Counted from the first letter of the stretch, positions 37,396-46,645 are shown. The stretch: DNA of 64,000 nt from an uncultured Thermoplasmata archaeon (GCA_963787975.1 CAWBEU010000008.1:29583-93582), one strand, 5' to 3'. Program-made: numbers and translations. The notes: a model not told the origin generated them from the sequence alone.

Positions 37396-37508
37396 CAGGA
37401 ATACCTCGGTCGGGCCGGGACCGAATCCGGCATATACGCTTGCCGTCGGGGACGTGATGCTAGAGCGTCCGGTTCTCGCCGGGGAACCTACTTCCCCGCC
37501 ACGCTTAA

Positions 37509-37538
37509 GAACCGGACGCCTGTGGTCGCGTCCGGTTC
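37509..37538 (+). promoter_or_regulatory. Perfect 11-bp-stem hairpin GAACCGGACGC-ctgtggtc-GCGTCCGGTTC ending 5 nt before the rpo11 ATG; a third copy of the 11-mer is at 37465..37475
   Basis: Three exact copies of GCGTCCGGTTC (two direct, one inverted) within 75 bp, read directly from the sequence. Confidence 0.45.
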
Positions 37539-37543
37539 AGTCG

Positions 37544-37831
37544 ATGGAGATCAAGGTCGTCGAGAAGGAGCACGACACGCTCCGGATCGAGCTCCCGAAA
37601 GGGGAGGAGACGCTCCTGATCCCGCTCGTCGAAGCCCTCCAAGCCGAGGAGAAGGTCGTCGAGGCGCGCTACTTCCTGGGCCACCCGATCCTCGACAAGC
37701 CCACGCTCTATCTCAAGACCAAGGGCGAGAAGCCCCAGCAGGTTCTCAAGCGCGTCCTCAAAGAGCTCGCCGACGGCTACGGCGACACCCTCACGGCCTT
37801 CGAGAAGAAGGCCGACAAGATCAAGGCCTGA
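37544..37831 (+). CDS. rpo11: DNA-directed RNA polymerase subunit Rpo11 (L)
   Basis: In-frame ATG at 37544. MEIKVVEKEHDTLRIELPKGEETLLIPLVEALQAEEKVVEARYFLGHPILDKP matches RpoL. Confidence 0.85.
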   Translation: MEIKVVEKEHDTLRIELPKGEETLLIPLVEALQAEEKVVEARYFLGHPILDKPTLYLKTKGEKPQQVLKRVLKELADGYGDTLTAFEKKADKIKA

Positions 37832-37848
37832 TCCCCTCCCGTTCACCC

Positions 37849-38499
37849 ATGCTCAAGGAGTGCGAACAGCACGGCTACTTCCGGGGCGATACCTGCCCCG
37901 TCTGCGGCCAGTCGGGTCGGTTCCTCATGGACGATCGCGAGCTCGACCATCTGGGCCGGGTGGTCACGGGCGTCCTTCGCCACTTCCCCGAGAAGTACGG
38001 CCTTCAGATGGACCCCCACGGATGGATCGCCCTGCCGCAACTGGTCCGGAACATCTCGAACCAGCACCGGGGGTACCGGTGGCTCCGCGTCCACCACATC
38101 GTCGCGATCGCCGAGACCGATGCCAAGGGACGGTACGAGGTCAAGGATGACCGCATCCGGGCCACGTACGGGCACACCCTCGACGTCGACCTCGACCTCC
38201 CGACAGACCACATCCCAGAACAGCTGTTCTTCCCGGTGACCGCCGAGGAAGCCGCCATCGTGCTCGAGGTCGGGCTGAAGCCCTCGGACCGGAAGAAGGT
38301 CCACCTATCGAAGACGGCCGAGGACGCCCGGTCGGCCGGTACCGTCCGCACCCCGAACCCGGTTCTCCTCGCCGTGGACACGAAAAAGGCCCAGGACGGC
38401 GGCGTGGTCATCAAGCGGGCCGGAAAGACGGTCTTCCTTGTGGACGCGGTGCCGGCGGAGTTCCTCTCGCGGCTCCCCGACGTGCCGGCCGCCGAATAA
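37849..38499 (+). CDS. kptA: RNA 2'-phosphotransferase (Tpt1/KptA family)
   Basis: In-frame ATG at 37849. DPHGWIALPQLV...RYEVKDDRIRATYGHT core with an N-terminal CPVCG zinc knuckle. Confidence 0.85.
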   Translation: MLKECEQHGYFRGDTCPVCGQSGRFLMDDRELDHLGRVVTGVLRHFPEKYGLQMDPHGWIALPQLVRNISNQHRGYRWLRVHHIVAIAETDAKGRYEVKDDRIRATYGHTLDVDLDLPTDHIPEQLFFPVTAEEAAIVLEVGLKPSDRKKVHLSKTAEDARSAGTVRTPNPVLLAVDTKKAQDGGVVIKRAGKTVFLVDAVPAEFLSRLPDVPAAE

Positions 38500-38512
38500 C
38501 GCCGCTCGGGAC

Positions 38513-39172
38513 CTACCCGAGCACGACGTTCGTCTCGTACGTCGTGGAAACGTAGATCCTCTCGGTGAGGTTCGTGCCGGGCGCATACGGATTCTCGAAG
38601 ACGAAATAGAACTCGTCCGTGTACGGCGCCGCGAAAACGATGCGGGCCGAGCTCACGTTCGTGTACGGCGGCGCCGCGGCCTGGGCCGCCTGGTGGGAGT
38701 AGAACGCCGCGAACTCGGTCGAGTTGTAGATGAACACCATGGCCTCCGCGGCGACGGGCGTCTCGACGCTGAAGTTGCCCGTGACGTAGTCTTCCCCAGT
38801 GATGTTCCCGGCGAGGATGTGCCACCCCCCGGGCGCCACGGCAAAGGTCCAGGAACCGGTCAGTGGGTCCGCGTACGTGGTGGGTCCGGAGATCTCGGCC
38901 GAGACGATCGCCCATCCGATCGTGCCGACGATCCCTACTACCACTAGAACGCGGAGCCACCGAAGCAGCACGGCTCGCCGGTGTGCCGGCCGGGTGCGGG
39001 CCTCTGCCGCCCGGTAGGCCGGCGTTCCCTGTTCCTTCCCGCACGTGGGGCAGATCTTGGCGTCGGGCGGCACGGCGTCGCCGCAGAACCCGCAGCTTCC
39101 CCAGCGGCCATCCGGCACAGAGGTCGCCATTGTGGACCGGGCAGGGACCGGGCCCCCGCCCTTTTTCCCCAC
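38513..39172 (-). CDS. Hypothetical zinc-ribbon / single-TM protein with an extracytoplasmic domain
   Basis: CGFCGDAVPPDAKICPTCG ribbon, one TM helix (WLRVLVVVGIVGTIGWAIV), then a ~140-aa domain with N-x-S/T sites. The start is 39172 or 39130. Confidence 0.5.
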   Translation of the reverse strand: MGKKGGGPVPARSTMATSVPDGRWGSCGFCGDAVPPDAKICPTCGKEQGTPAYRAAEARTRPAHRRAVLLRWLRVLVVVGIVGTIGWAIVSAEISGPTTYADPLTGSWTFAVAPGGWHILAGNITGEDYVTGNFSVETPVAAEAMVFIYNSTEFAAFYSHQAAQAAAPPYTNVSSARIVFAAPYTDEFYFVFENPYAPGTNLTERIYVSTTYETNVVLG

Positions 39173-39233
39173 TTCGTTCGGACCGGGGTCTGTGCGTGGC
39201 CGGGCAACCTACGGAGCCGAGCGCCCGCCGTGT

Positions 39234-40712
39234 CTACTTCTTCGCCTTGCCGGCGCCGAGGTTCACGATGACGTTCTTCCGGCGGGTGTAGACGAGCGGA
39301 GCGTCCCGGCCCTGCTCGAAGCCAACGCCGCTCTCTTTGTACCCTCCGAACGGAGTCTGCGGGAAGGTCATGGGGGGTTCGTTGATCGTCACGATTCCGG
39401 CCTCGAGCTGGCGAGCGACCCCGTGGGCCGTGGCCAGGTCGCGTGTCCAGATCGAGGCGAACAACCCGTACCTCGTTTGGTTCGCGAGCCGGAGCGCCTC
39501 CTCGGCATTTCCGAAGCGCTGGACGGCCAACACGGGACCGAAGATCTCCTCGCGGACCATTCGAGCCTCCGGGTCCACTTCGGTGACGACGGTCGGCTCG
39601 ACAAAATTCCCCTCTTGGAGTTCCGGGGACGACGGCCGGCCGCCGCCCAAGAAGATCCGAGCGCCGCCCTCTCGTGCCTCGGTGACGAATCCCAAGACCC
39701 GTTCCATCTGGTCCTTCGAAACCAGTGGCCCCATGGTCACACCGGGCTCCACGCCCGCGCCTAGTTTCAGTCCATGGGCGACCGCCGTGAGTTTCTCTAG
39801 AAGGGGAGCCTCCACACCGGCCTCGACGACGAGGCGAGAGCCGGCCCAGCACATCTGCCCCGAGTTCTGGAATATCCCGGTGGCGATCGCCCGCGCCGCT
39901 CGTTCGAGGTCGGCATCGGGAAACACGACCACGGGACTCTTCCCGCCGAGTTCCAGGACGGTAGGAATCAGCCGGGGGGCGGCCAGTTCCGCGATCCGCC
40001 GACCCACGTCGCTGCTGCCGGTGAACGACACCGACGCCGCGCGGGCGTCGGTGACGAGCGCCTCTCCGACTTCGCGACCGTTCCCCACCACGACGTTCAG
40101 GATCCCGTCCGGTACCCCGGCCTCGTGTGCCAGCCGGGCGAACCGCAGTGCGGTGAGCGGCGTCAAGCTCGCCGGCTTCAGCACCACGGCATTACCGGCC
40201 GCGAGCGCCGGCGCCATCGACCGGACAGCGAGCAGCAGGGGATAGTTCCACGGCGCGATGTGGACCGTAACCCCGAGGGGCTCCCGTACCGTGTAGTCGA
40301 AGCGAGCGCCGGGGATCGGGATCGTCTCGCCCTCGATCTTGTCGGCCAGCCCGGCCATGTACTCGAGCGTCCGTACGACGAAATCGATGTCCCCCTTCGA
40401 CTCCCGAAGGGGCTTGCCCATGTTCAGGGTCTCGAGTTCCGCGAAGACTGCGGCCTGTTCCTCGAGGAGCCGGGCCAGCCGGAAGAGCGTCTTCGTGCGC
40501 GGAGCGCCGTCTCCGCCGGCCCAGCTGGACTCCCGGAAAGCCCTCTCGGCTACCTCGAGGGCGTGACGCGCGTCGGCCACGCCTCCGACCGAGGTAACGG
40601 CGAGCGGCTTGTTGGTCGCCGGATTCAGTAGCGTGACCCGCTGACCGTCGCTCGCGGGGATCTCCTGCCCGCCGATGAACAACCCGAACGGAGTGTCGAT
40701 AGCCGCCGACAT
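39234..40712 (-). CDS. NAD(P)-dependent aldehyde dehydrogenase
   Basis: FTGSSDVGRRI, ELGGKSP and GQMCWAGSR motifs are present. 492 aa. Confidence 0.9.
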   Translation of the reverse strand: MSAAIDTPFGLFIGGQEIPASDGQRVTLLNPATNKPLAVTSVGGVADARHALEVAERAFRESSWAGGDGAPRTKTLFRLARLLEEQAAVFAELETLNMGKPLRESKGDIDFVVRTLEYMAGLADKIEGETIPIPGARFDYTVREPLGVTVHIAPWNYPLLLAVRSMAPALAAGNAVVLKPASLTPLTALRFARLAHEAGVPDGILNVVVGNGREVGEALVTDARAASVSFTGSSDVGRRIAELAAPRLIPTVLELGGKSPVVVFPDADLERAARAIATGIFQNSGQMCWAGSRLVVEAGVEAPLLEKLTAVAHGLKLGAGVEPGVTMGPLVSKDQMERVLGFVTEAREGGARIFLGGGRPSSPELQEGNFVEPTVVTEVDPEARMVREEIFGPVLAVQRFGNAEEALRLANQTRYGLFASIWTRDLATAHGVARQLEAGIVTINEPPMTFPQTPFGGYKESGVGFEQGRDAPLVYTRRKNVIVNLGAGKAKK

Positions 40713-40768
40713 GAGAAGCGAGTTGTTAGAGGGTCGGCAGGTTTAATCATTGCCCGTCTGGGATAGGG

Positions 40769-41911
40769 TCAGTTTCCCAGCCGGTAGGACCGGCCCTTCC
40801 ACTGGACGGGGCGGCCACGGAGGCCTCGACCGAGCGCCACTAACACCAACACAAGATAGTACCCGGCCGCGACCGGAAAAAGAAGCCCGTAGGCGGCCGA
40901 CGCTTTGGCGGCTCGGTTGAACGCCACGTGCTTCCCGAACAGAGCGACCCAGAGGAACGACCCGAACGCAGTCACCCAGATGGAGCCGGTCTGGAGCCCC
41001 ATCGGAAGGAGGGTCAACGGGAGCCAGTAGAACCCCACCAGGGCCACGGCGAAGCCCACCTGCCGGGCCGCGGAAAAGCGGACCCCGGAGACGGTCTTCA
41101 GAATCCCCTCGTACATGTCCCGAGGCGTACGGTACATTCTCGTGGTGACGAGCTCCGGCGTCCACGCCACCCGGAGGACCTTCCCCGCGGCGCGGAACCG
41201 CTGGGCGAGCGCCACGTCCTCGAGGATGCGATCGTGGATCGCTCGGTGCCCGCCGACTTCCTCGTAGGCGCTCTTGCGAACCAGAAGGAATTGGCCGTTG
41301 GCCATCGCCGCCTTTGAATCCGCTCGGTTCACGCGGGGGGTTCGGAAGTAGGTCAGCACCATCTGGATGTAGAACGGCAAAACGATCTTTTCCCAGACCC
41401 CCACCATCTCGATCCGGCTCCCGAAGGTGACGAGATCGGCCCGGTCACGTTGGGCCCATTCCACGGCCGTCCAGACCGCCTCCGGACTCGGACGCACGTC
41501 CGCATCGGTGAACAGCAGGAACTCGCCTCGGGCTCGTTCGGCTCCGTTCCAACAGGCCCAGCTTTTTCCGACCCATCCTTCCGGAAGGGGAGGTTCGTCG
41601 ATCAGGGTGACGCGAGGTTCCCGGGCTTGCGCCACCTTGCGGGTTCCATCTGTCGAGCCGCCATCGACGACCAGGACCTCAAGCGAGGGGTAGGTCTGGA
41701 AAAGGAGGCCGTCCAGACACGCGCCGAGGTCGTCCTCCTCATTCCGCGCAGGAACGATCACGGACACGAAGGGAGTGGGAGCGGCCGGGGCCGGTCCACG
41801 GGGCCCCAGCAGGTGGGGCATCTGGACGGCCAGGTAGAGGGGAACGCCTTGAACGACGAGGACGAGCACCGCGTACGTGACGAGCAGCACCGTCCACACG
41901 ACCGAGAGCAT
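40769..41911 (-). CDS. Family 2 glycosyltransferase (membrane-anchored)
   Basis: VSVIVPARNEE, VVDGGSTD and FTDAD motifs with flanking TM helices. Confidence 0.8.
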   Translation of the reverse strand: MLSVVWTVLLVTYAVLVLVVQGVPLYLAVQMPHLLGPRGPAPAAPTPFVSVIVPARNEEDDLGACLDGLLFQTYPSLEVLVVDGGSTDGTRKVAQAREPRVTLIDEPPLPEGWVGKSWACWNGAERARGEFLLFTDADVRPSPEAVWTAVEWAQRDRADLVTFGSRIEMVGVWEKIVLPFYIQMVLTYFRTPRVNRADSKAAMANGQFLLVRKSAYEEVGGHRAIHDRILEDVALAQRFRAAGKVLRVAWTPELVTTRMYRTPRDMYEGILKTVSGVRFSAARQVGFAVALVGFYWLPLTLLPMGLQTGSIWVTAFGSFLWVALFGKHVAFNRAAKASAAYGLLFPVAAGYYLVLVLVALGRGLRGRPVQWKGRSYRLGN

Positions 41912-41975
41912 CCCCTCGCCGAGGCCGCCGTCTAATTAAGCGGCGGCCGCTCGGTCGACGAGTAGGTCCGACGCG

Positions 41976-43580
41976 ATGCCGACCGTCTCGCATCCTCGAA
42001 TCCGGCCTGACGTGCTGGAGGAGAGGGCATATCAGGCCTCCATCGCCGACGCGGCAATCCGGGCGAATACGCTCGTGGTGCTCCCAACCGGACTCGGAAA
42101 GACGGCGATCGCACTCCGCGTAGCGGCGGAGTACCTCCTGAGAGATCCCACCCGGTCGATCCTCCTGATGGCCCCGACCAAGCCGCTGGTCGCGCAGCAT
42201 GCGCGGAGCGTCGCCCAGACTCTGTTCTGTCCCCCGCCCCTCGTGCTCACGGGCGAGATCTCGCCGGAACGGCGCCAGACTCTGCTCTCCCCTCCTCAGG
42301 TCGTCGTGGCGACTCCCCAGGTGATCGCCAACGACTTGGCCCAGGGCAGCTTCCCGCTCTCGACGTTCTCTCTCGTCATTTTCGACGAGGCCCATCGGGC
42401 GGTCGGCGACTACCCGTACGTTGCGATCGGCCAGGCCCTCCGGGACGCCGACGCTCGCGTGCTCGCCATGACCGCGTCGCCTGGCTCCAAGCTCGACCGG
42501 GTCCAAGCCGTCTGGGCGAACCTGGGGATCGAGCACTTCGAACTTCGGAGCGCGACCGATGCCGACGTCGCGCCCTATATTTTCGGGACCCAGGTGGAGA
42601 CGGTCGAAGTCCCTCTCCCGGCCGAGGTGCGCCAGCTCACCGTGCTCCTGCGAAGCGTGGTCCAACGACAGACCGAGATCCTGCACCGGATGGGATACTT
42701 TCCGAGCCAGGACGCCGGGCGACGGGAACTGCTTGCGGTGGGCTTCACCCTCCGACGGGAAATCTCGGCGACCCGCAAGCGGGGGGAAACACCGGACGGT
42801 CGGGTCTGGCAAGCGGTCACCGCCCAGGCGGTCGCAATGAAGGCCCTGCACGGTCTCATCCTCGCGGAGACGCAAGGCGTCGAGGCGCTCCGAAAGTACC
42901 TGGGTGGACGCGGCGAGAAAAAGAACGGCCGGGTGCGACCCTCCGACCGTACGTTCCTGAGCGATCCGGACATTGTCGAGCTACAACGCAAGCTCGGCAG
43001 CCTCGATGTGGAACATCCCAAGCTCGCGATGGCGGTGGACATCGTGACGAAGGAGATCGAGCGCAACCCGTCGGCCCGGGTGATCCTCTTCGCGCACTAC
43101 CGACAGACCGCCGATACCCTGGTAGAGCAGTTCGGACACCAACCGAACAGTCCGGTCCGGGCGGCTCGCTTTGTCGGCCAGGCCTCCCACGGGACCGACA
43201 CCGGGCTGTCCCAGAAACAGCAGGTCGACCTCCTGGATCGATTCCGCAGCGGGGAGATTAACTGCCTCGTGGCCACGTCCGTCGGGGAGGAGGGGCTGGA
43301 CATCCCCTCCACCGACCTGGTGGTCTTCTACGAACCGGTGGCCGACGAGGTCCGGACCATCCAGCGCCGGGGAAGAACCGGCCGATTCCGGGCGGGTCGG
43401 GTGATCGTCCTCATCACCGCGGGCACGCGGGACGTCGGAACCTTCCTATCGGCCCGCCGCAAAGAGCAGCGGATGCACGAGATGCTCGAAAAGGTGGAAG
43501 CCCAGTCCCGCAAAGGCCCCCTCGCGCCCCCTCCTCGACCGACCGTTCAGTCGACGCTGGACGAACTCCCGTCCCCCTGA
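41976..43580 (+). CDS. hef: Hef/FANCM-type superfamily-2 helicase (helicase module only)
   Basis: PTGLGKT (motif I), FDEAH (motif II) and QRRGRTGR (motif VI) are present. No ERCC4 nuclease domain is encoded before the stop. Confidence 0.8.
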   Translation: MPTVSHPRIRPDVLEERAYQASIADAAIRANTLVVLPTGLGKTAIALRVAAEYLLRDPTRSILLMAPTKPLVAQHARSVAQTLFCPPPLVLTGEISPERRQTLLSPPQVVVATPQVIANDLAQGSFPLSTFSLVIFDEAHRAVGDYPYVAIGQALRDADARVLAMTASPGSKLDRVQAVWANLGIEHFELRSATDADVAPYIFGTQVETVEVPLPAEVRQLTVLLRSVVQRQTEILHRMGYFPSQDAGRRELLAVGFTLRREISATRKRGETPDGRVWQAVTAQAVAMKALHGLILAETQGVEALRKYLGGRGEKKNGRVRPSDRTFLSDPDIVELQRKLGSLDVEHPKLAMAVDIVTKEIERNPSARVILFAHYRQTADTLVEQFGHQPNSPVRAARFVGQASHGTDTGLSQKQQVDLLDRFRSGEINCLVATSVGEEGLDIPSTDLVVFYEPVADEVRTIQRRGRTGRFRAGRVIVLITAGTRDVGTFLSARRKEQRMHEMLEKVEAQSRKGPLAPPPRPTVQSTLDELPSP

Positions 43581-43613
43581 GCGGGAAACTCCTACCCCGT
43601 CCGCGAGGGACGA

Positions 43614-44111
43614 TTAGCGGCCGGTGCTTCCGAACCCACCCTTCCGGTCGGTGTTCGGCCGGACCGTTCCTGTCTCGAAGCGGGTCGGATACTCCTTCGC
43701 GACGCGGACCTGTCCGATACGGTCGCCGCTCTGGATCTGATACTCCCCGGGGAAAAGGAAGGTCAGCGGGACCTTCACCTCCCCCGCGTAGTCGCGATCG
43801 ATCGTGCCGGGCGCGTTGACCATCAGAACCCCGCGGCTGCTGAGACCGCTCCGCGGTCTCACCTCCAGGAAGGTACCGGGCGGGGCGCGCAAGCGGAGAC
43901 CGGTCCGGACGAGCGTGACCGAGCCGAACTTCAGCGTCACCGGTTCCGCGGCATGGAGGTCGAAACAGGCCGAACCGAGGGTGGCCTTCGAGGGGAGCGG
44001 TGGAGGTGCGATGCCCGCGACGGGCTCTGCGAGGACGGCGTGGATTGGGACCCGGCGCGTCGCGGCAGCGCGTCGACGGGGAGCAACTTTCGGTTTCGGC
44101 GGTCGGGGCAT
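43614..44111 (-). CDS. dut: dUTP diphosphatase (trimeric dUTPase family)
   Basis: RSGLSSRG, GTIDRDYAGEVKV and GGFGSTGR motifs are present. The N-terminal extension is basic. Confidence 0.8.
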   Translation of the reverse strand: MPRPPKPKVAPRRRAAATRRVPIHAVLAEPVAGIAPPPLPSKATLGSACFDLHAAEPVTLKFGSVTLVRTGLRLRAPPGTFLEVRPRSGLSSRGVLMVNAPGTIDRDYAGEVKVPLTFLFPGEYQIQSGDRIGQVRVAKEYPTRFETGTVRPNTDRKGGFGSTGR

Positions 44112-44333
44112 GACGCGACGGAACGGAGCGGCAAGATAACGGCGCGGGGACGGGGCCCTGCGTTTGGGAGCCTCTTGGAGGAGCCCTGCCTAAACCGGGC
44201 GCAGGCAGGATCTCCGAGAGACCAGATCCGGCAGAGTCCCATACCGGGTAACCGAGCTGCCTCGGAGGGCTCGCCAGCCGGTAACGAGTCGTGATATCGT
44301 TAGGTGCGTTAAGCCCAAATACATGAATCGGAA

Positions 44334-44347
44334 TTCCGATATCGGAA
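44334..44347. promoter_or_regulatory. Perfect 14-bp palindrome TTCCGATATCGGAA, 9 nt upstream of the padR ATG (candidate PadR operator)
   Basis: 7-bp perfect inverted arms read from the sequence. The location is typical for autoregulatory wHTH operators. Confidence 0.5.
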
Positions 44348-44356
44348 AAACGAGCC

Positions 44357-44766
44357 ATGTGGGGTCGAAAGAAACGAGGGCTTCGGAACTGGGTCGTACT
44401 CATCCTCCGGCGGCAGCCGAGGAACGGCGCCGAGATCACGGAGGACATGGAGGTCATGACCCACGGATGGTGGCGGCCCTCGCCCGGGTCGGTCTACCCG
44501 CTGCTCGAAGAGATGGTCAAGGACGGCACGATCCGTAAGCGCCCCGACAGCCGCTACGAGTTGGTGAGCACCGCCGACTCGGAGGTACTGGCCCTGGGGG
44601 TGGAGGATGGGAGGCGGCCCGAGGACCCCGCAGGAGATCCTTCAGGAGCTTTCGGGACTCACCGCGTACCTTGAAGACCTCCGACGCTCGCAGCCGAACG
44701 CGACGGACCCGATTCAGGCGGACCTCGATGCGGTCGCCGAACGACTTCGAAAACTGAGGAACTAGG
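44357..44766 (+). pseudogene. PadR-family transcriptional regulator, frameshifted near 44580..44590; 3' end uncertain
   Basis: The wHTH NGAEITEDMEVMTHGWWRPSPGSVYPLLEEMVKDGTI is in ORF 44357..44674. The helical C-terminus YWPWGWRMGGGPRTPQEILQELSGLTAYLEDLRRS...AERLRKLRK continues in the +1 frame. That frame has no stop before the ABC gene. Confidence 0.7.
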
Positions 44767-44775
44767 AGACAATCC

Positions 44776-45794
44776 ATGCAGACAACGCAAGCGATTCAGG
44801 CCGAGAACCTGGTCAAGGTCTACAACGGAACGGTGCGCGCGGTCGACGGCGTCTCCTTCCAGGTGAACCGCGGGGAGATCTTTGGATTTCTAGGGCCCAA
44901 CGGGGCGGGCAAGACCACGACGGTCTCGATGCTGTCGGCCGGCCTTCGGCCTACCTCGGGGAGCGCGGTCGTGGACGGCCTCGAGGTCAGCCACGACCCG
45001 GAGGCGGTCAAGCGACGGATCGGGGTGATCTTCCAAGAATCCACAGCGGATGGCGACCTCACCGGCCGGGAGAACATCGAGGTGGCCGCCGGGTGCTACG
45101 GCATACCGGCCGCGGAAGGACGACGACGAGCCGAGGCGCTGCTGGAGCAGATGCAAATCGCCGATGCGGCGGATCGGTATGCGAAGAACTACTCAGGCGG
45201 GATGCGCCGACGGCTCGAACTGGCCGTCGGCCTGGTCCACGACCCGAAGATCCTGTTCCTAGACGAACCGACGCTCGGGCTTGACCCGCAGGGCCGGAAC
45301 GGCTTCTGGGGATTCATCCAGAAACTCCGGAAGGAGGAGGGTCTCACGGTGTTCGTCACCACTCATTACTTGGACGAAGCCGACACGATGTGCGACCGGC
45401 TCGCGATCATCGACCACGGCAAGATCGTCGCGACGGGCTCTCCGAGCGAGCTCAAGGACCGTCTCGGCGGTGACATCGTCACGATCAAGACGGCGCCCGG
45501 GGCCCCCGACATGACCGAGGTTCTCCGTCCGTTGATCGGCGTGCATAGCGTGCAGAATCAGGACGGGACGTACCGGGTCAAATGCGCCAGCGGGGAACCG
45601 TTCGTGCCGGTGGCCGTGGAAGCCTGCGACCGTGCGGGCGCTGGCGTCACGGGTGTGACGGTCAAGCGGCCCAGCCTCGACGAGGTGTTCCTTGAATTCA
45701 CCGGTCGCGAATTCCGAGAGGAGGAAGGGCCTACCGCCACGGACCGGGCCGTGATGGTCCAACGGGTGCAGAACCGCTTCGGGGGCGACGCTGA
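44776..45794 (+). CDS. ABC transporter ATP-binding protein (computed ORF runs on to 46362 because the expected stop is out of frame)
   Basis: Walker A GPNGAGKTTT, signature YSGGMRRRL, Walker B ILFLDEPTLGLD. Homology-like sequence ends near 45790. A TGATG stop/start junction at 45792..45796 is reached if the G5 run at 45781..45785 gains one G. Confidence 0.85.
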
Positions 45795-46645
45795 TGCTGC
45801 GCGAGCTGGGCGCCTTGACCCGCCGCGAGTTCATCAAACTCGCCCGGAACCCCCAGGCGATCTTCACATCGCTCCTGCTCCCGCTCCTCTACCTCCTCCT
45901 GTTCGGACAAGGATTCAACATCAACCCGACGCAGTTCCTGGCCCCGGGGACGCCGGAGTCGGTCAAGCTCGCGATCCTCGCGGCGTACTTCCGCGGGGCA
46001 CCGAACTACTACTCGTACTTCGCCGCCGGGATGGTGGGCTTCGTTGCCGTCACCGCGACTTTGTTCAGCGGAGCGAATGTGATCTTCGACAAGTTGTTCG
46101 GGATCTTCAAGCGGGTCCGGGGCACCCCCGCGCCGTCCACGGCTGTCTTCGGATCGCGCCTGCTCGCCGCGTCGGCCCAGCCGATCGCCCTCGCCTTCTT
46201 CGTGCTCGGCCTCGCTATCCTGTTCAAGCACGTGCCCGGCCTCACGGGACTCACGGTCACCGCCTCGGTGGGGGTCCTCGGAGCCCTCGGGATCGTCGCC
46301 GCAATCGTCCTTCTCTCGCTGATGTTCGCGACGCTCTTCCTGACCTTCGGCATCCTGATTGAGAACCCGCAGATGTACTTCGCCGCCGTGAACCTCCTCA
46401 ACCTGCCGGTCCTGCTCACCTCCGATGCCCTGTACCCGTGGGGCGCGATGCCCCATTGGCTCCAGAACGTCTCGCAGTACAACCCCGTCTCTCTGGCCGT
46501 GAACGTGCTTCGAGAGGTCCTGTTCGGATCCTCTGCCTACCCCTATACGCCGGGAATCTACCTTCTCGGCCTGCTGGGTTGGGCGGCCGTGCTCGTGGGG
46601 ATCGCGCTCCTGCTCGTCCGTCGGGCCCTGCGGCCCCTCAACTGA
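45794..46645 (+). CDS. ABC-2 type transporter permease
   Basis: MLRELGALTRREFIKLARNPQ is a typical ABC-2 permease N-terminus. The protein has six hydrophobic segments. Confidence 0.85.
   Translation: MLRELGALTRREFIKLARNPQAIFTSLLLPLLYLLLFGQGFNINPTQFLAPGTPESVKLAILAAYFRGAPNYYSYFAAGMVGFVAVTATLFSGANVIFDKLFGIFKRVRGTPAPSTAVFGSRLLAASAQPIALAFFVLGLAILFKHVPGLTGLTVTASVGVLGALGIVAAIVLLSLMFATLFLTFGILIENPQMYFAAVNLLNLPVLLTSDALYPWGAMPHWLQNVSQYNPVSLAVNVLREVLFGSSAYPYTPGIYLLGLLGWAAVLVGIALLLVRRALRPLN

Noticed and set aside
44112-44330. The structured intergenic region, considered as SRP RNA, RNase P RNA or another known ncRNA
   Set aside because: The conserved SRP helix-8 motif (..GGAAGG..AGCA..) and the RNase P conserved regions are absent. 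It is kept only as an unclassified structured region in the findings.
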